Origin: Acidobacteriota bacterium
GTDB taxonomy: Bacteria; Acidobacteriota; UBA6911; RPQK01; JAJDTT01
Direction: 5' to 3'
NCBI GenBank assembly: GCA_965263035.1
Contig: OZ253580.1
Span: 4,352,001 to 4,416,000, forward strand
DNA: 64,000 nt
Positions 28,962-39,569 of this stretch are shown one piece after another. The notes under the pieces are model-generated. The model ran no database searches, was not told the DNA's origin, and worked only from the letters and a program-made list of their open reading frames with translations. Both the position numbers and the translations under genes were made by a program. Each line of letters starts with the position of its first letter. Positions within the stretch are counted from its first letter, which is position 1.

Positions 28962-29100
28962 CTCCCTTTCGCCCCACCATCAAAACCCCACTCCCGCCCA
29001 CCGCGAAACCGTCGCCGTCTTTTCAAAAATTTCTTGACACTCGGCCTCTGATAGGAATATTGTGGTTCAAATCAGATCAAAAAGGGATAAATAGGACTAA
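28962..29100 (+). promoter_or_regulatory. dcw promoter with putative MraZ boxes
   Basis: TTGACA 29034-29039, 18 nt, TATTGT 29058-29063; CCCAC (GTGGG on minus) in repeats starting at 28972, 28986 and 28996; degenerate 10-nt period from GTGG 29062. Confidence 0.6.
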
Positions 29101-29119
29101 GCTACGTCGGATTGTCACT

Positions 29120-29560
29120 GTGTTCAGAGGAAACTTCCCCACCAAGATCGACGCTCAGGGACGCATCAAGATCCCGGCAGCATACCGGAGGATCATGGAG
29201 GAGAAGTACGGCACTGAACTTTATGTGACCAGCACTACGGGCAAATACGTCCTGATCTATCCCCTCAGCGAATGGGAGCAGATCGAGAGCAAGCTGCTGG
29301 AGCCTCCCAAAATGCTGCCCGAGAAGATCAAGTTCCTGCGCAATACGAATTACTACGGCCAGATGGTCACCATGGACAAGCAGGGGAGAGCCTTGATCCC
29401 TCCCCATCTACGCGAACGAGCCGAAATCACCAACGGCGTCGCAGTCATGGGGTCCCTGACCTACCTGCAGCTGTGGAATCGGGAGCGCTTCGAGAGTCTG
29501 CTCGAATCCGATCCTTACACGCGAGAGGACGAGATCGCTCTGGCGGAATTGGGGCTGTGA
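29120..29560 (+). CDS. mraZ: transcriptional regulator MraZ
   Basis: FRG...IDAQGRIKIP and DKQGRALIP; head of the dcw cluster. Confidence 0.93.
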   Translation: MFRGNFPTKIDAQGRIKIPAAYRRIMEEKYGTELYVTSTTGKYVLIYPLSEWEQIESKLLEPPKMLPEKIKFLRNTNYYGQMVTMDKQGRALIPPHLRERAEITNGVAVMGSLTYLQLWNRERFESLLESDPYTREDEIALAELGL

Positions 29561-29562
29561 CG

Positions 29563-30618
29563 ATGACGGCGACGGGGCGAGCCCACATTCCGGTCTTGTG
29601 CGAATCGGTTCTGGACCTGCTCCGGGTTCGGCCGCAAGGCGTTTACGTCGATTGTACCGTCGGTCCTGGAGGTCATTCCGGGGAAATCCTGAAGAGACTG
29701 GGAGAGGGACGTCTGGTGGTCCTGGATCTGGACGAAGACGCTCTCCGACTGGCAGCAAGGCGCCTCTCGGGATCGCTGGCCCGGTTGAGCCTGCACCGGG
29801 AGAACTTCAGGAATCTCCCACGGTTGCTCCGGAAGCTCCGGATTCGTCAGATCGACGGCTGTCTGGCCGATGTGGGGGTCTCATCACTCCAGCTGGATAT
29901 GGCGGAACGGGGGTTCAGCTTCATGCAGGAGGGCCCTCTGGACATGCGAATGGACCGCACTCAGACCGTTACAGCGGCGAATGTGGTCAATGAATCGTCT
30001 CCCGAACGTCTGGTGGAGATTCTGCGAGCCTACGGCGAGGTCACCGGGGCGGCAAGAGTGGTGGCGGCGCTGGTCGAGGAGCGCCACAGGAGGCGTTTCG
30101 AGACGACGACGGAGTTGGCTGCGGTGGTGGAGCGAGTCAAAGGTTGGCCCCGGGGGACTCGTCTCCACCCCGCTACCCAGGTCTTTCAGGCTCTTCGAAT
30201 CGAGGTCAATCAGGAATTGAAGAACCTGGAGGCATTCCTCCCCGGCGTTGTGGATTTTTTGCGGCCGGGAGGCCGGCTCGTGGTGTTGGCGTTTCACAGC
30301 CTTGAGGATCGATTGGTGAAGCGGGCTTTTGCCCGGGAATCAGGAAAATGCATCTGTTTTTTTCCCCGGGATCTGTGCGGATGCCCCCGCCGCCGCCGGG
30401 TTCGAATCCTGACCCGGAAACCGGTCCGGCCATCGGGAGATGAGATTCGAACCAACCCGCGCGCGCGAAGCGCCAAGCTCCGAGCCGTGGAACGGCTGAA
30501 CGCCTCGACCGGCGGTCACGGCGGCGGCGCCGGTTCCCGTGCGGAGCGTGGCCGGCAGGCGGTTGGATCCCGGTTGGGTGACGGAGCCGGGGCAGCGAAC
30601 AGAGGGCAAGACAGATGA
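29563..30618 (+). CDS. rsmH: 16S rRNA C1402 N4-methyltransferase
   Basis: HIPVL, DCTVGPGGHS, GVSSLQLD, NPRARSAKLR. Confidence 0.96.
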   Translation: MTATGRAHIPVLCESVLDLLRVRPQGVYVDCTVGPGGHSGEILKRLGEGRLVVLDLDEDALRLAARRLSGSLARLSLHRENFRNLPRLLRKLRIRQIDGCLADVGVSSLQLDMAERGFSFMQEGPLDMRMDRTQTVTAANVVNESSPERLVEILRAYGEVTGAARVVAALVEERHRRRFETTTELAAVVERVKGWPRGTRLHPATQVFQALRIEVNQELKNLEAFLPGVVDFLRPGGRLVVLAFHSLEDRLVKRAFARESGKCICFFPRDLCGCPRRRRVRILTRKPVRPSGDEIRTNPRARSAKLRAVERLNASTGGHGGGAGSRAERGRQAVGSRLGDGAGAANRGQDR

Positions 30619-31013
30619 TGGATTGCTGTTATCAGAACTACCGTAACCGTCCGGTTCACGAAGTTTCCGGGGCGACCGGTTGGGAAATGCTGCGCTGGTT
30701 GTTGGCGGTTGGCTTGGTCGCGGCGTTGGTTCTGGGCTACGCGGGTCTGCGGATGGGGATCCTGGAGTCCCAGTACGAAGCAGCACGGCTGCGCAAGGAG
30801 AACACGGAGCTTCGCGAATTCAACGACGCGCTCCGAGTCGAGCATGCCACGCTCATCAACCCCGAGACCATCGATCGGCGTGCCTCGAGTCTGGGGCTCA
30901 TCGATTCCAGCACCGGGTCGGTCAGAATCATCGAAGGCAAATCTCGCCTCTCCGGGCCGGGAAGCGAGCTGGTAGCCGCGGCCCGCAGCCGTTTCGAGGC
31001 TTCGTCGGAATGA
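30615..31013 (+). CDS. ftsL: cell division protein FtsL-like
   Basis: Single TM plus coiled coil, between rsmH and ftsI. Confidence 0.78.
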   Translation: MMDCCYQNYRNRPVHEVSGATGWEMLRWLLAVGLVAALVLGYAGLRMGILESQYEAARLRKENTELREFNDALRVEHATLINPETIDRRASSLGLIDSSTGSVRIIEGKSRLSGPGSELVAAARSRFEASSE

Positions 31014-33139
31014 ATGAGGATTCCCACGACCGGAACCATACCCTGAGCCCAAGACGGGTAATCCTATTCTACATTCTCGTCCTGGCCTCGGTCGCGGGTC
31101 TTGTGGTCCGCCTGGTGGACCTGCAGGTCTTGAATCGGGACCACTACCGCCTACTGGCGCAGGCCCAGAGCGAGGGTCACGTTTACGTCAGGTTCAAGCG
31201 GGGCGAGATTCTGGACCGGAATCTTCGGGAACTGGCCGTAAGTGTCGAGAGTGGCTCGGTCGGGAGTCACGCCGGGCAGGTTCCGGATCCCGGCAAGGCT
31301 GCCAAGGCCCTGGCTCCATTCCTGCCTCTGAGCCGAGAGGAGATCCAAGAGACGCTCGTTTCCAGCTCCAGCTTCACCTACCTGGCCAGAAAGATCCCAC
31401 CGCACCAGGTCACGACCGTCAACGCGCTGAAGCTCAAGGGCATCCAGGTGGACTGGGACATGAAGCGAACCTACCCCCAATGGGAACTGGCGGCTCACGT
31501 CCTGGGATTCGTGGGGGTGGAAAACGAAGGTCTGGGCGGGATCGAATATCTTTATGACGGAGTGATGCGGGGCGAGACGACTCGCGTCAATCTCAAGGTG
31601 GACGGCCGGCGGCATGTCTACAACCGTGAATCCTCGGGCACCGGTTCCGGAGGAAACATCCTGGTCCTCAATCTGGACGAGTCCATCCAGTATTCGGTGG
31701 AGCAGATCCTGGGGGATACGATACGCGAATTCAAAGCGGCGTCGGGGTCGGCCATCGTCATGGACGTTCACACCGGCGAAATCCTGGCCCTGGCCTCCCA
31801 TCCAACCTACAACCCCAACGACTACACCAGCTACGGCCCCGAAGAAAAACGAAACCGTGCCATCCTCGACATCTATGAACCGGGGTCGACCTTCAAGCTG
31901 GTGACGCTGTCAGCCGCCCTGGAGGAGGGGCGCGTCCAATCGGGAGAACTGGTTGACTGCCGGGTCGGAACGGTGCGCTTGGGCCGCAAGGTCTACCGGG
32001 AAGCCAAGAGGAGCTACGGGACCCTCAGCTTCGAGGAGATTCTGTCCAAGTCGAGCAACGTCGGCACCATCAAGATGGGACTCCGATTGGGTGAGGAACA
32101 ACTGTATTCCTACATCCGGCGATTCGGTTTCGGAAACAAGACGGGGATCGAATTGCCGGGAGAGCAGGTTGGCCTGCTGGTTCCACCGGAACGCTGGTCC
32201 CGAATCTCCATCGGAGCCCTTTCCATCGGTCAGGAGCTCGGGGTCACACCGATCCAGATGGTCCGTGCCTTCGCGGTCTTCGGCAACGGAGGCTATCTGG
32301 TGAAGCCCCGCCTGGTCCGGCACACCCTCTCCGAGGACGGGAGGATATTGGAGGAGAGCCGCGTCGAACGCGAGAGGATCCTGTCTGCCGAGACCGTTCG
32401 GACCATCAGGAATGCCATGGGCATGGTCGTGGAACGAGGAACGGGACGCAGGGCCCAGCCGGCCGGATACTCGGCCGGCGGAAAGACCGGCACCGCTCAG
32501 AAGTTCGTGAACGGCAGCTATTCGCGCACCCGTTTCGTGGCCTCGTTTGGCGGAATCGCGCCCCTCTCAAATCCCGTACTGGCCGCGCTGGTCGTCATCG
32601 ACGAGCCTCGAGTCCACCACTACGGTGGAATCGTGGCCGCTCCCGCCTTCCGCCGCATCATGGAACGGGCTCTGGTCAGTCTCCATGTCCCTCAGGATCG
32701 ACCGTTGCCGCAGCCGGACAGGCTGCTGGCCCGCCAAAAGAAGAAGCGGCGGAGCCGTCCGGTGAACCTGACGGCGTCGGCAGCCGACGAGCTGTTGACG
32801 CGGGATGGACTGGCAGCGGAGTTGTCGAACCTGATCGGAGACGGGAATCCGGACGCGGATGGAGGGAGGTCGGTGACGGTGGCGACCGGGACCTTCCCGC
32901 TCCCGGACCTGAGCGGTCTCAGCCTCCGGGAAGCACTCCGAAAGGCCGGCAGTCTCTCTCTGAGGTTGAGAGTGACCGGCAGCGGCGCGGTCGTAGCGCA
33001 GCATCCCAAACCCGGTACTCCGGTTTTCCCCGAATCGATGTGTCAGGTCCATTTGGGCAGCACGGAAAGCTCCACCTATGAAACTCAGCAACTTGCTCTC
33101 GGCCGAAGCAGTCAGGGCGTTCGTGAGAGCCGTCGCTGA
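31010..33139 (+). CDS. ftsI: class B penicillin-binding protein with C-terminal PASTA domain
   Basis: RGEILDRN, EPGSTFK, SSN, KTGT. Confidence 0.93.
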   Translation: MNEDSHDRNHTLSPRRVILFYILVLASVAGLVVRLVDLQVLNRDHYRLLAQAQSEGHVYVRFKRGEILDRNLRELAVSVESGSVGSHAGQVPDPGKAAKALAPFLPLSREEIQETLVSSSSFTYLARKIPPHQVTTVNALKLKGIQVDWDMKRTYPQWELAAHVLGFVGVENEGLGGIEYLYDGVMRGETTRVNLKVDGRRHVYNRESSGTGSGGNILVLNLDESIQYSVEQILGDTIREFKAASGSAIVMDVHTGEILALASHPTYNPNDYTSYGPEEKRNRAILDIYEPGSTFKLVTLSAALEEGRVQSGELVDCRVGTVRLGRKVYREAKRSYGTLSFEEILSKSSNVGTIKMGLRLGEEQLYSYIRRFGFGNKTGIELPGEQVGLLVPPERWSRISIGALSIGQELGVTPIQMVRAFAVFGNGGYLVKPRLVRHTLSEDGRILEESRVERERILSAETVRTIRNAMGMVVERGTGRRAQPAGYSAGGKTGTAQKFVNGSYSRTRFVASFGGIAPLSNPVLAALVVIDEPRVHHYGGIVAAPAFRRIMERALVSLHVPQDRPLPQPDRLLARQKKKRRSRPVNLTASAADELLTRDGLAAELSNLIGDGNPDADGGRSVTVATGTFPLPDLSGLSLREALRKAGSLSLRLRVTGSGAVVAQHPKPGTPVFPESMCQVHLGSTESSTYETQQLALGRSSQGVRESRR

Positions 33140-34541
33140 GGCGGGCGACCCGAAGATCGAGTCCCTGGCTTACGACTCCCGGCGAACGGGAGCCGGAAGC
33201 CTTTTTTTCGCCATCCAAGGGTACCGGAGCGACGGACATCTCTACCTGGATCAGGCTCTGAAGCGGGGTGCGGTTGCCGTGGCCTCGGAACGGCCGGCTC
33301 CGGACGATCACGGTTCCGTTTGGATCCAGGTGTCTTGTATCCGGCGCTTCATGGCCAGCGTCGCCGATCATTTCTTCGGACAACCGTCCAGCAAATTGAG
33401 GCTGGTGGGAATCACCGGGACCAACGGCAAGACCACGACCGCTATTCTGGTCCACTCCATCATGAGCCAAGGAGAACCCTCTCTCGTGATGGGGACCCTG
33501 GGAGCGCGTCTCGACGGCAGGAGTTGGACCTCGGAGCGGACCACGCCGGAATCCGTCGACATCCAGGCGATTCTCAACCAGGCGGTCGAAGCCGGCTGCG
33601 GCCGGGGCGTAATGGAGGTCTCCTCCCATTCCCTCGCCCTGAACCGGGTCTACGGCTGCCGATTCCCGGTGGCCGTCTTCACCAATCTGACCCGGGATCA
33701 TCTGGACTTTCATCACACTCCTGAGAACTACTTCCGGAGCAAGCGCCTCTTGTTCCAGTCCGATTACAACCCTGGTCTGGCCTGGTCGGTTCTCAATCAC
33801 GACGACCCGGCGAGTCGCCGGCTCCGTCCGGAAGGTGAGGCCTTGACCTTCGGAATGACGCCGGAGGCTCAGATCCGCCCTCTGACGCGGAAGACCACGG
33901 TCGCCGGGACGCGGCTGGAACTCGATTGCCGGGGTCGCCGCCTTTCCTTGAGCAGTTCCCTGGTCGGAGATCACAATCTGTACAACATCATGGCGGCGGT
34001 GGCGGCATGCCATGCACTGGGGATCCCGGACCGGCAGATCCGCAGCGGCATTTCGAGCCTCGACCGGGTCCCCGGCCGTTTCGAGAAGGTAGACGTGGGC
34101 GGGGACTACACGGTGGTCGTGGACTACGCACATACGCCGGACGCACTGGAGAACGTGTTGCGTCTGGCCCGGGGCTTGACCTCCAACCGAGTGCTCTGCG
34201 TCTTCGGCTGCGGTGGAGACCGGGATTTGTCCAAGCGTCCGCGGATGGGTGAAATCGCCACCCGCCAGTCGGACTGGACCGTTCTGACCACGGACAATCC
34301 GCGCAACGAGGATCCGGAGGTCATCCTCCAGCAGATACGGGCGGGTATTCCTCCCGAACGGGACAACTTCGAAACCATCACCGATCGGAGGGAGGCGATC
34401 GGCCGCGTGGTGAAGCTGGCCAGGACGGGAGATCTGGTGCTGGTGGCGGGCAAGGGGCAGGAAACCTATCAGGAGATCGAGGGGATTCGGATCCCCTTCG
34501 ATGATCGGGAAGTGGTCAGGAATTCGGTGTGTTTGGACTAG
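33078..34541 (+). CDS. murE: UDP-MurNAc-L-Ala-D-Glu--meso-DAP ligase
   Basis: GTNGKTT, MEVSSH, DYAHTPD, DNPR (mDAP specificity). Confidence 0.96.
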   Translation: MKLSNLLSAEAVRAFVRAVAEAGDPKIESLAYDSRRTGAGSLFFAIQGYRSDGHLYLDQALKRGAVAVASERPAPDDHGSVWIQVSCIRRFMASVADHFFGQPSSKLRLVGITGTNGKTTTAILVHSIMSQGEPSLVMGTLGARLDGRSWTSERTTPESVDIQAILNQAVEAGCGRGVMEVSSHSLALNRVYGCRFPVAVFTNLTRDHLDFHHTPENYFRSKRLLFQSDYNPGLAWSVLNHDDPASRRLRPEGEALTFGMTPEAQIRPLTRKTTVAGTRLELDCRGRRLSLSSSLVGDHNLYNIMAAVAACHALGIPDRQIRSGISSLDRVPGRFEKVDVGGDYTVVVDYAHTPDALENVLRLARGLTSNRVLCVFGCGGDRDLSKRPRMGEIATRQSDWTVLTTDNPRNEDPEVILQQIRAGIPPERDNFETITDRREAIGRVVKLARTGDLVLVAGKGQETYQEIEGIRIPFDDREVVRNSVCLD

Positions 34542-35953
34542 ATTTCCAGAGAGCGGCCGAGGTCATGGGGGCACGAACCTGGGGCCGGGAACCCGGTCGA
34601 CAGGCGAATCGGCTCTTGCCCCGGGTCGTCATCGACAGCCGGCTGGTGCAGCCGGGCGATTGTTTCTTTGCCATCAAGGGAGATCGCCTGGACGGGCACG
34701 ATTTCCTGGAGGCCGCGATGGAGCGGGGGGCCTCGGTGGCGGTCTGTTCCCGAACCCCGAACCTGGATGCCGGCGACTATGGAGACCGGATCTTCCTCCG
34801 CGTCGCCGACACGACCCTGGCGCTTCAGGAACTGGCTGCCGAACTCCGCCGGCAGTGGGGCCGGAATCTCGTCGGCGTAACCGGGAGCATGGGCAAGACG
34901 ACGACCCGTACCTTCACCGCCCGGCTGCTCGAATCCGGCTACCAGGTTCTTCAGTCCCCCGCCAACTTCAACAACGCCTTTGGAGTGCCGCTTTCCCTTC
35001 TGCGGCTGGAGGAGCGGCATGATCTGGCGGTGCTGGAACTGGGCATGAACCACGCCGGCGAGATCCGGCGGCTGGCTCGAATCTGCCGGCCCGATCTCGC
35101 CATCATCACCAACGTGGCGCCGGTGCACCTGGAGTTCTTCTCCAGTGTCGACGAAATTGCGCGAGCCAAGGGAGAGATTCTCGAGGACATGCCGCCGGCG
35201 GGGATCTTCGTTTACAACGCCGACGATCACCGGGTGGCGGCTCTCGCTTCCACCTTCCGCGGGCGCAAGGTCTCCTTCTCTCTGGAGCGGGAAGCGGACG
35301 TCCAGGTCACGGAGGTTCGAGCAGTGGACTCGAACAGCACCCGGTTCATGCTTCGGACCGAAGGGGGCGAATCGACCTGTCAAGTCGCCTTCGTGGGACG
35401 CCACCATCTCTACAACCTGGCGGCGGCCGTGGCTGCGGCTGGGACTCTGGGCTTGAGCCGGGAGCAGATCGAAGGGGCGATTCCCGGCCTGTCCACATTG
35501 CCCATGCGAGGGAAGATCCGGGGACTCGAGATGTCCGATTCCCGGCGGATCAGAATCTTGGACGACTCCTACAACTCGAACCCACAAGCGGTACGGATGG
35601 TGTTGGAGGCCGTGGGACAGTCAGCCGGCGGAGGGCGCCGGATCCTCGCTCTGGGAGAAATGCTGGAGTTGGGTCCCAAGAGCGCGGTTTGGCATCGCCG
35701 AGTCGGAAGAATGGCGGCCCGGATCGAGCCTCATCTTCTGGCGGCAGTGGGTGCCGGGGCCCGGCCGGTTCTGGAGGGGGCTCGCGAAGCGGGTCTGGCA
35801 GACGTCAAGACCCTCTACTTCGGGACCTCGGAAGAGGCGGCGGAGTACTTGTCCGGCTTCATCTGCAGCGGAGACTTCCTCTTGATCAAGGGATCTCGCG
35901 GAGTCGGAATGGATCGGATCGCTGCACTTCTGGAAAAGGGGAAGGGGACTTGA
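34529..35953 (+). CDS. murF: UDP-MurNAc-tripeptide--D-Ala-D-Ala ligase
   Basis: TGSMGKTT, ELGMNH, DDSYNSNP, KGSRG. Confidence 0.95.
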   Translation: MFGLDFQRAAEVMGARTWGREPGRQANRLLPRVVIDSRLVQPGDCFFAIKGDRLDGHDFLEAAMERGASVAVCSRTPNLDAGDYGDRIFLRVADTTLALQELAAELRRQWGRNLVGVTGSMGKTTTRTFTARLLESGYQVLQSPANFNNAFGVPLSLLRLEERHDLAVLELGMNHAGEIRRLARICRPDLAIITNVAPVHLEFFSSVDEIARAKGEILEDMPPAGIFVYNADDHRVAALASTFRGRKVSFSLEREADVQVTEVRAVDSNSTRFMLRTEGGESTCQVAFVGRHHLYNLAAAVAAAGTLGLSREQIEGAIPGLSTLPMRGKIRGLEMSDSRRIRILDDSYNSNPQAVRMVLEAVGQSAGGGRRILALGEMLELGPKSAVWHRRVGRMAARIEPHLLAAVGAGARPVLEGAREAGLADVKTLYFGTSEEAAEYLSGFICSGDFLLIKGSRGVGMDRIAALLEKGKGT

Positions 35954-37062
35954 TCTATCATCTGCTCTACGCCTTTCACGACCAGTTCTCGGTCCTGAAC
36001 GTACTCCGCTATATAACGTTTCGGACTGCCTACGCCACCCTGACTGCGCTGGCCTTGAGTCTGATCCTGGGTCCCTGGCTCATCGCCAAGCTCCGGGACT
36101 ATCAGATCGGCCAGTTCATCCGGGAAGACGGACCCAGCCGTCACCTTCAGAAGGCCGGCACCCCCACCATGGGAGGGGTGCTCATCGTGGTCAGCATCGC
36201 ACTCCCCACCCTGCTGTGGGCCGATCTGGGAAACCTCTACGTCTGGATCGCGGTCGCAGCGCTGATCCTGTTCGGCGGCGTGGGGTTCGCCGACGACTAC
36301 CTCAAGGTTTCCAGGAAGAACTCCTCCGGACTGCGGCCGCGGCGCAAAATCTTGTTCCAGGTACTGATCGCCCTGGGCATCGGACTCACTCTGGTGGCGC
36401 TGCACCAGCAAGGCCTCTACAGCATTCAGCTGAGCGTCCCATTCTTCAAGCGATTCACGCCGGAACTGGACTGGGTGGTGATAGGTGTTTCCACCTTCAT
36501 CCCCCTGATTGCGTTCACGGCGCTGGTCATCGTCGGAAGCAGCAATGCCGTGAACCTGACCGATGGTCTGGATGGGCTGGCCAGCGGCCTGATGGTGATT
36601 GCGGCTTCGGCCTTGACGGTACTGGCCTACGTGACCAGCCACGCCACCTTTGCCACCTACCTGGGACTGATCAAGAACACTTATGCCAGCGAGCTGAGCA
36701 TCTTCTGCGGCGCCATGGTGGGGGCGAGCCTGGGGTTTCTCTGGTACAACACGCACCCCGCGGAGATCTTCATGGGAGACGTGGGGTCCATGTCCCTGGG
36801 TGGCGCCATCGCCACCGTCGCGGTGCTCATCAAGCAGGAACTCCTGCTGTTATCCATCGGAGGCATCTTCGTCCTGGAGGCCCTTTCGGTCATCTTCCAG
36901 GTCTTGTACTTCAAGGCCACCGGGAAACGCATTCTGCGAATGGCCCCCCTGCATCACCATTTCGAGCTTCTGGGCTGGGACGAGCCCAAGGTGGTGGTGC
37001 GTTTCTGGATTCTGGGCCTGCTGTTCGCACTTTTCAGCCTGACCACGCTGAAGCTCAGGTAG
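35950..37062 (+). CDS. mraY: phospho-N-acetylmuramoyl-pentapeptide transferase
   Basis: KAGTPTMGG, NAVNLTDGLDGLA, FMGD, APLHHHFE; TTG start. Confidence 0.97.
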   Translation: MIYHLLYAFHDQFSVLNVLRYITFRTAYATLTALALSLILGPWLIAKLRDYQIGQFIREDGPSRHLQKAGTPTMGGVLIVVSIALPTLLWADLGNLYVWIAVAALILFGGVGFADDYLKVSRKNSSGLRPRRKILFQVLIALGIGLTLVALHQQGLYSIQLSVPFFKRFTPELDWVVIGVSTFIPLIAFTALVIVGSSNAVNLTDGLDGLASGLMVIAASALTVLAYVTSHATFATYLGLIKNTYASELSIFCGAMVGASLGFLWYNTHPAEIFMGDVGSMSLGGAIATVAVLIKQELLLLSIGGIFVLEALSVIFQVLYFKATGKRILRMAPLHHHFELLGWDEPKVVVRFWILGLLFALFSLTTLKLR

Positions 37063-37083
37063 CGGCGTGGGGAGGGTTCGGCA

Positions 37084-38442
37084 ATGAAATTGTCCGGTCG
37101 AGACATCCTGGTCGTCGGACTGGCACGAACCGGTCTTTCGGCAGCCAACTTCCTGATCGGGAAGGGGGCTCGTGTCAGCGTCACCGATCTGCGCACCAAG
37201 GATGAATTGAATGACCAGATCGCCAGGCTCCGGGGCAAGGTTCGGCTGGTGTTGGGACGCCACCGGGATGCGGACTTCACCGGAGCCGACATGATTCTGC
37301 TGAGCCCCGGGGTGCCGTCCCGGATCCCTCCGTTGCTGCGGGCCCGGGAGCGGGGAATACCGGTGTTGAGCGAGATCGAGCTGGCTTGCCGATTCCTGAA
37401 GGGCACGCTGATCGGGGTCACGGGGACCAACGGCAAGACCACGACGACCACGCTGATCGGTGGGATGCTGGCCGCGAGCCGGCGGCCGCATGTGGTGGCG
37501 GGCAATATCGGAGTTCCCCTCCTGGAGAAGGTGGAGGATGCCACTGAGGAAACGGTCTGGGTCGTGGAGCTCTCTTCCTTTCAACTGGAGATGACCCGGA
37601 CGCTGCACTGCCGGGTGGCTGTCGTCCTCAACGTCACGCCCGATCATCTGGATCGTCACCCGAGCTTCGAAGACTACTGGCAGGCCAAGCGCCGAATTCT
37701 ACTCAACCAGCAAGAGTCGGATTTCGCTGTGTTCAACCGGGACGAACCCAATTCCAGGCGCATGGCCGACGGTGCCGAGGCCCGTCCCCTCTTCTTCAGC
37801 CGATTGGACCGCTGCGCGGGCGTTTTTTCCCGGGACGGAAAGATCTGGATCCAAGTGGACGACGAGTCGCACCTAGTGATGGACAGGAACCAGATCAGAC
37901 TCAAAGGGGAGCACAATCTGGAAAACGTTTTGGCTGCTGCGGCCGCCGGCTATCTGGTGGGTGCCGAACCCGAAGCAATCGCTCGTGTCTGCCGCAGCTT
38001 CGCCGGCGTGGAGCACCGGCTGGAATGGATTCGGGACCTGGAGGGGGTTTCCTTCTACAACGACTCCAAGGCCACGAACGTGGAATCTGCCTCCAAGGCC
38101 ATGGAAGCCCTGGAACAGCCCCTGGTGGCCATCATGGGGGGGACCAACAAGGGGTCCGACTTCCGGGTGCTGAGACCGCTGGTCAAGAGAAAGGTCCGCC
38201 ATCTGGTCCTCTTGGGAGAGGCCAAGGAAAGTCTCATGGAGGGGCTGCGCGGGACGGTGCCGGTGAGCGAGGTCGGAGGGCTGGAGGAAGCGGTCCGCCG
38301 GGCATTCGTCGAGGCGTTGCCCGGAGACGCGGTGCTGTTGGCTCCGGCCTGCGCCAGTTTCGACATGTTCCGGAACTATGAGGAACGGGGTCGAGCCTTC
38401 AAAGATTTGGTTTCGCAACTGACTGGGAGTGAGAGACAGTGA
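37084..38442 (+). CDS. murD: UDP-MurNAc-L-Ala--D-Glu ligase
   Basis: SPG, GTNGKTT, ELSSFQL, NDSKATN, PACASFD. Confidence 0.97.
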   Translation: MKLSGRDILVVGLARTGLSAANFLIGKGARVSVTDLRTKDELNDQIARLRGKVRLVLGRHRDADFTGADMILLSPGVPSRIPPLLRARERGIPVLSEIELACRFLKGTLIGVTGTNGKTTTTTLIGGMLAASRRPHVVAGNIGVPLLEKVEDATEETVWVVELSSFQLEMTRTLHCRVAVVLNVTPDHLDRHPSFEDYWQAKRRILLNQQESDFAVFNRDEPNSRRMADGAEARPLFFSRLDRCAGVFSRDGKIWIQVDDESHLVMDRNQIRLKGEHNLENVLAAAAAGYLVGAEPEAIARVCRSFAGVEHRLEWIRDLEGVSFYNDSKATNVESASKAMEALEQPLVAIMGGTNKGSDFRVLRPLVKRKVRHLVLLGEAKESLMEGLRGTVPVSEVGGLEEAVRRAFVEALPGDAVLLAPACASFDMFRNYEERGRAFKDLVSQLTGSERQ

Positions 38443-39569
38443 CCCGACGAGCGCCGTACGACCATGTGATTCTGTTGGTCCTCTTGGTTCTGGTGGGCTT
38501 TGGCCTGGTGATGGCGTTCAGCGCATCGGGAATGGTGTCGCTGGACCGGTACGGAGTCTCCACTCGCATTTTCCAACGGCAGCTGGTGAGCGTCGGCATC
38601 GGCCTGTTGGTCTTCTGGATCGCGGCACATTGGGACTATCGACGCTATGCAACCCCCGCGTTCATCTATCCGGCACTGGCCGTGACCCTGATTCTCCTGG
38701 TTCTTCCCCTGGTGCTGCCCACCGGTCAGGGGGTCCGTCGTTGGATTCCGGTGGGCCCGACGCGCTTTCAGCCCTCGGAATTGGCCAAGCTTGGCGTAGT
38801 CCTGTTCACGGCGTACTACCTGCAGAGATACCGGGCAAGTCTCCAATCGCTGGCCGTATTGGCGCCCCTCTTGGGGGTGGTCGGGCTGGTGTTGGCCCTG
38901 ATCGTGGTCGAGCCCGATCTGGGGACGGCCTGCGCCATCGCGCTGACGGTGGGCTCGCTACTCTTCCTGGCTGGCGTTCGCCTGATCTATCTGATCGGTC
39001 TCGCCGGCTTGAGTATTCCTATCGTCCTCGCCCTCATTTTCAGCGCTTCCTACCGAATGGATCGGATTCTGGCTTTCCTGAATCCGGAAGTGGATCCCTC
39101 CGGCATCGGCTACCAGATTCGCCAGAGCCTGATCGCCGTGGGTTCGGGAGGATGGACCGGATTGGGTCTGACCCAAAGCAAGCAGAAGCTCCATTTCCTG
39201 CCCGAGTCCCACACCGACTTCGTCTTCGCGGTCGTGGGAGAAGAGCTTGGACTGTTGGGTTCACTCGTCATGGTCGCGCTCTTCGTCGTGCTTTTCTGGA
39301 GAGGAGTGCGGATTGCCTACCGGGCCGACACTGGATTCGGCGCGCTGCTGGCCATGGGTATCGTGTGCATGGTGGTTCTACAAGGCATCTTCAATATGTG
39401 CGTGGTGGTCAGCCTGCTGCCGACCAAGGGAATTCCATTGCCGTTCGTCTCGGTCGGCGGATCCTCCATGCTGGCCATGATGGCCGGCATTGGCATTCTT
39501 CTGAACATCTCCCGGCGGTGCCGAACCGACCGGGAGGCAACCGTCTCCCGGAGCCAGGGATTCCAGTGA
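38439..39569 (+). CDS. ftsW: SEDS peptidoglycan polymerase FtsW
   Basis: FQPSELAK, EPDLG, LPESHTDF, PFVSVGGSS. Confidence 0.95.
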   Translation: MTRRAPYDHVILLVLLVLVGFGLVMAFSASGMVSLDRYGVSTRIFQRQLVSVGIGLLVFWIAAHWDYRRYATPAFIYPALAVTLILLVLPLVLPTGQGVRRWIPVGPTRFQPSELAKLGVVLFTAYYLQRYRASLQSLAVLAPLLGVVGLVLALIVVEPDLGTACAIALTVGSLLFLAGVRLIYLIGLAGLSIPIVLALIFSASYRMDRILAFLNPEVDPSGIGYQIRQSLIAVGSGGWTGLGLTQSKQKLHFLPESHTDFVFAVVGEELGLLGSLVMVALFVVLFWRGVRIAYRADTGFGALLAMGIVCMVVLQGIFNMCVVVSLLPTKGIPLPFVSVGGSSMLAMMAGIGILLNISRRCRTDREATVSRSQGFQ

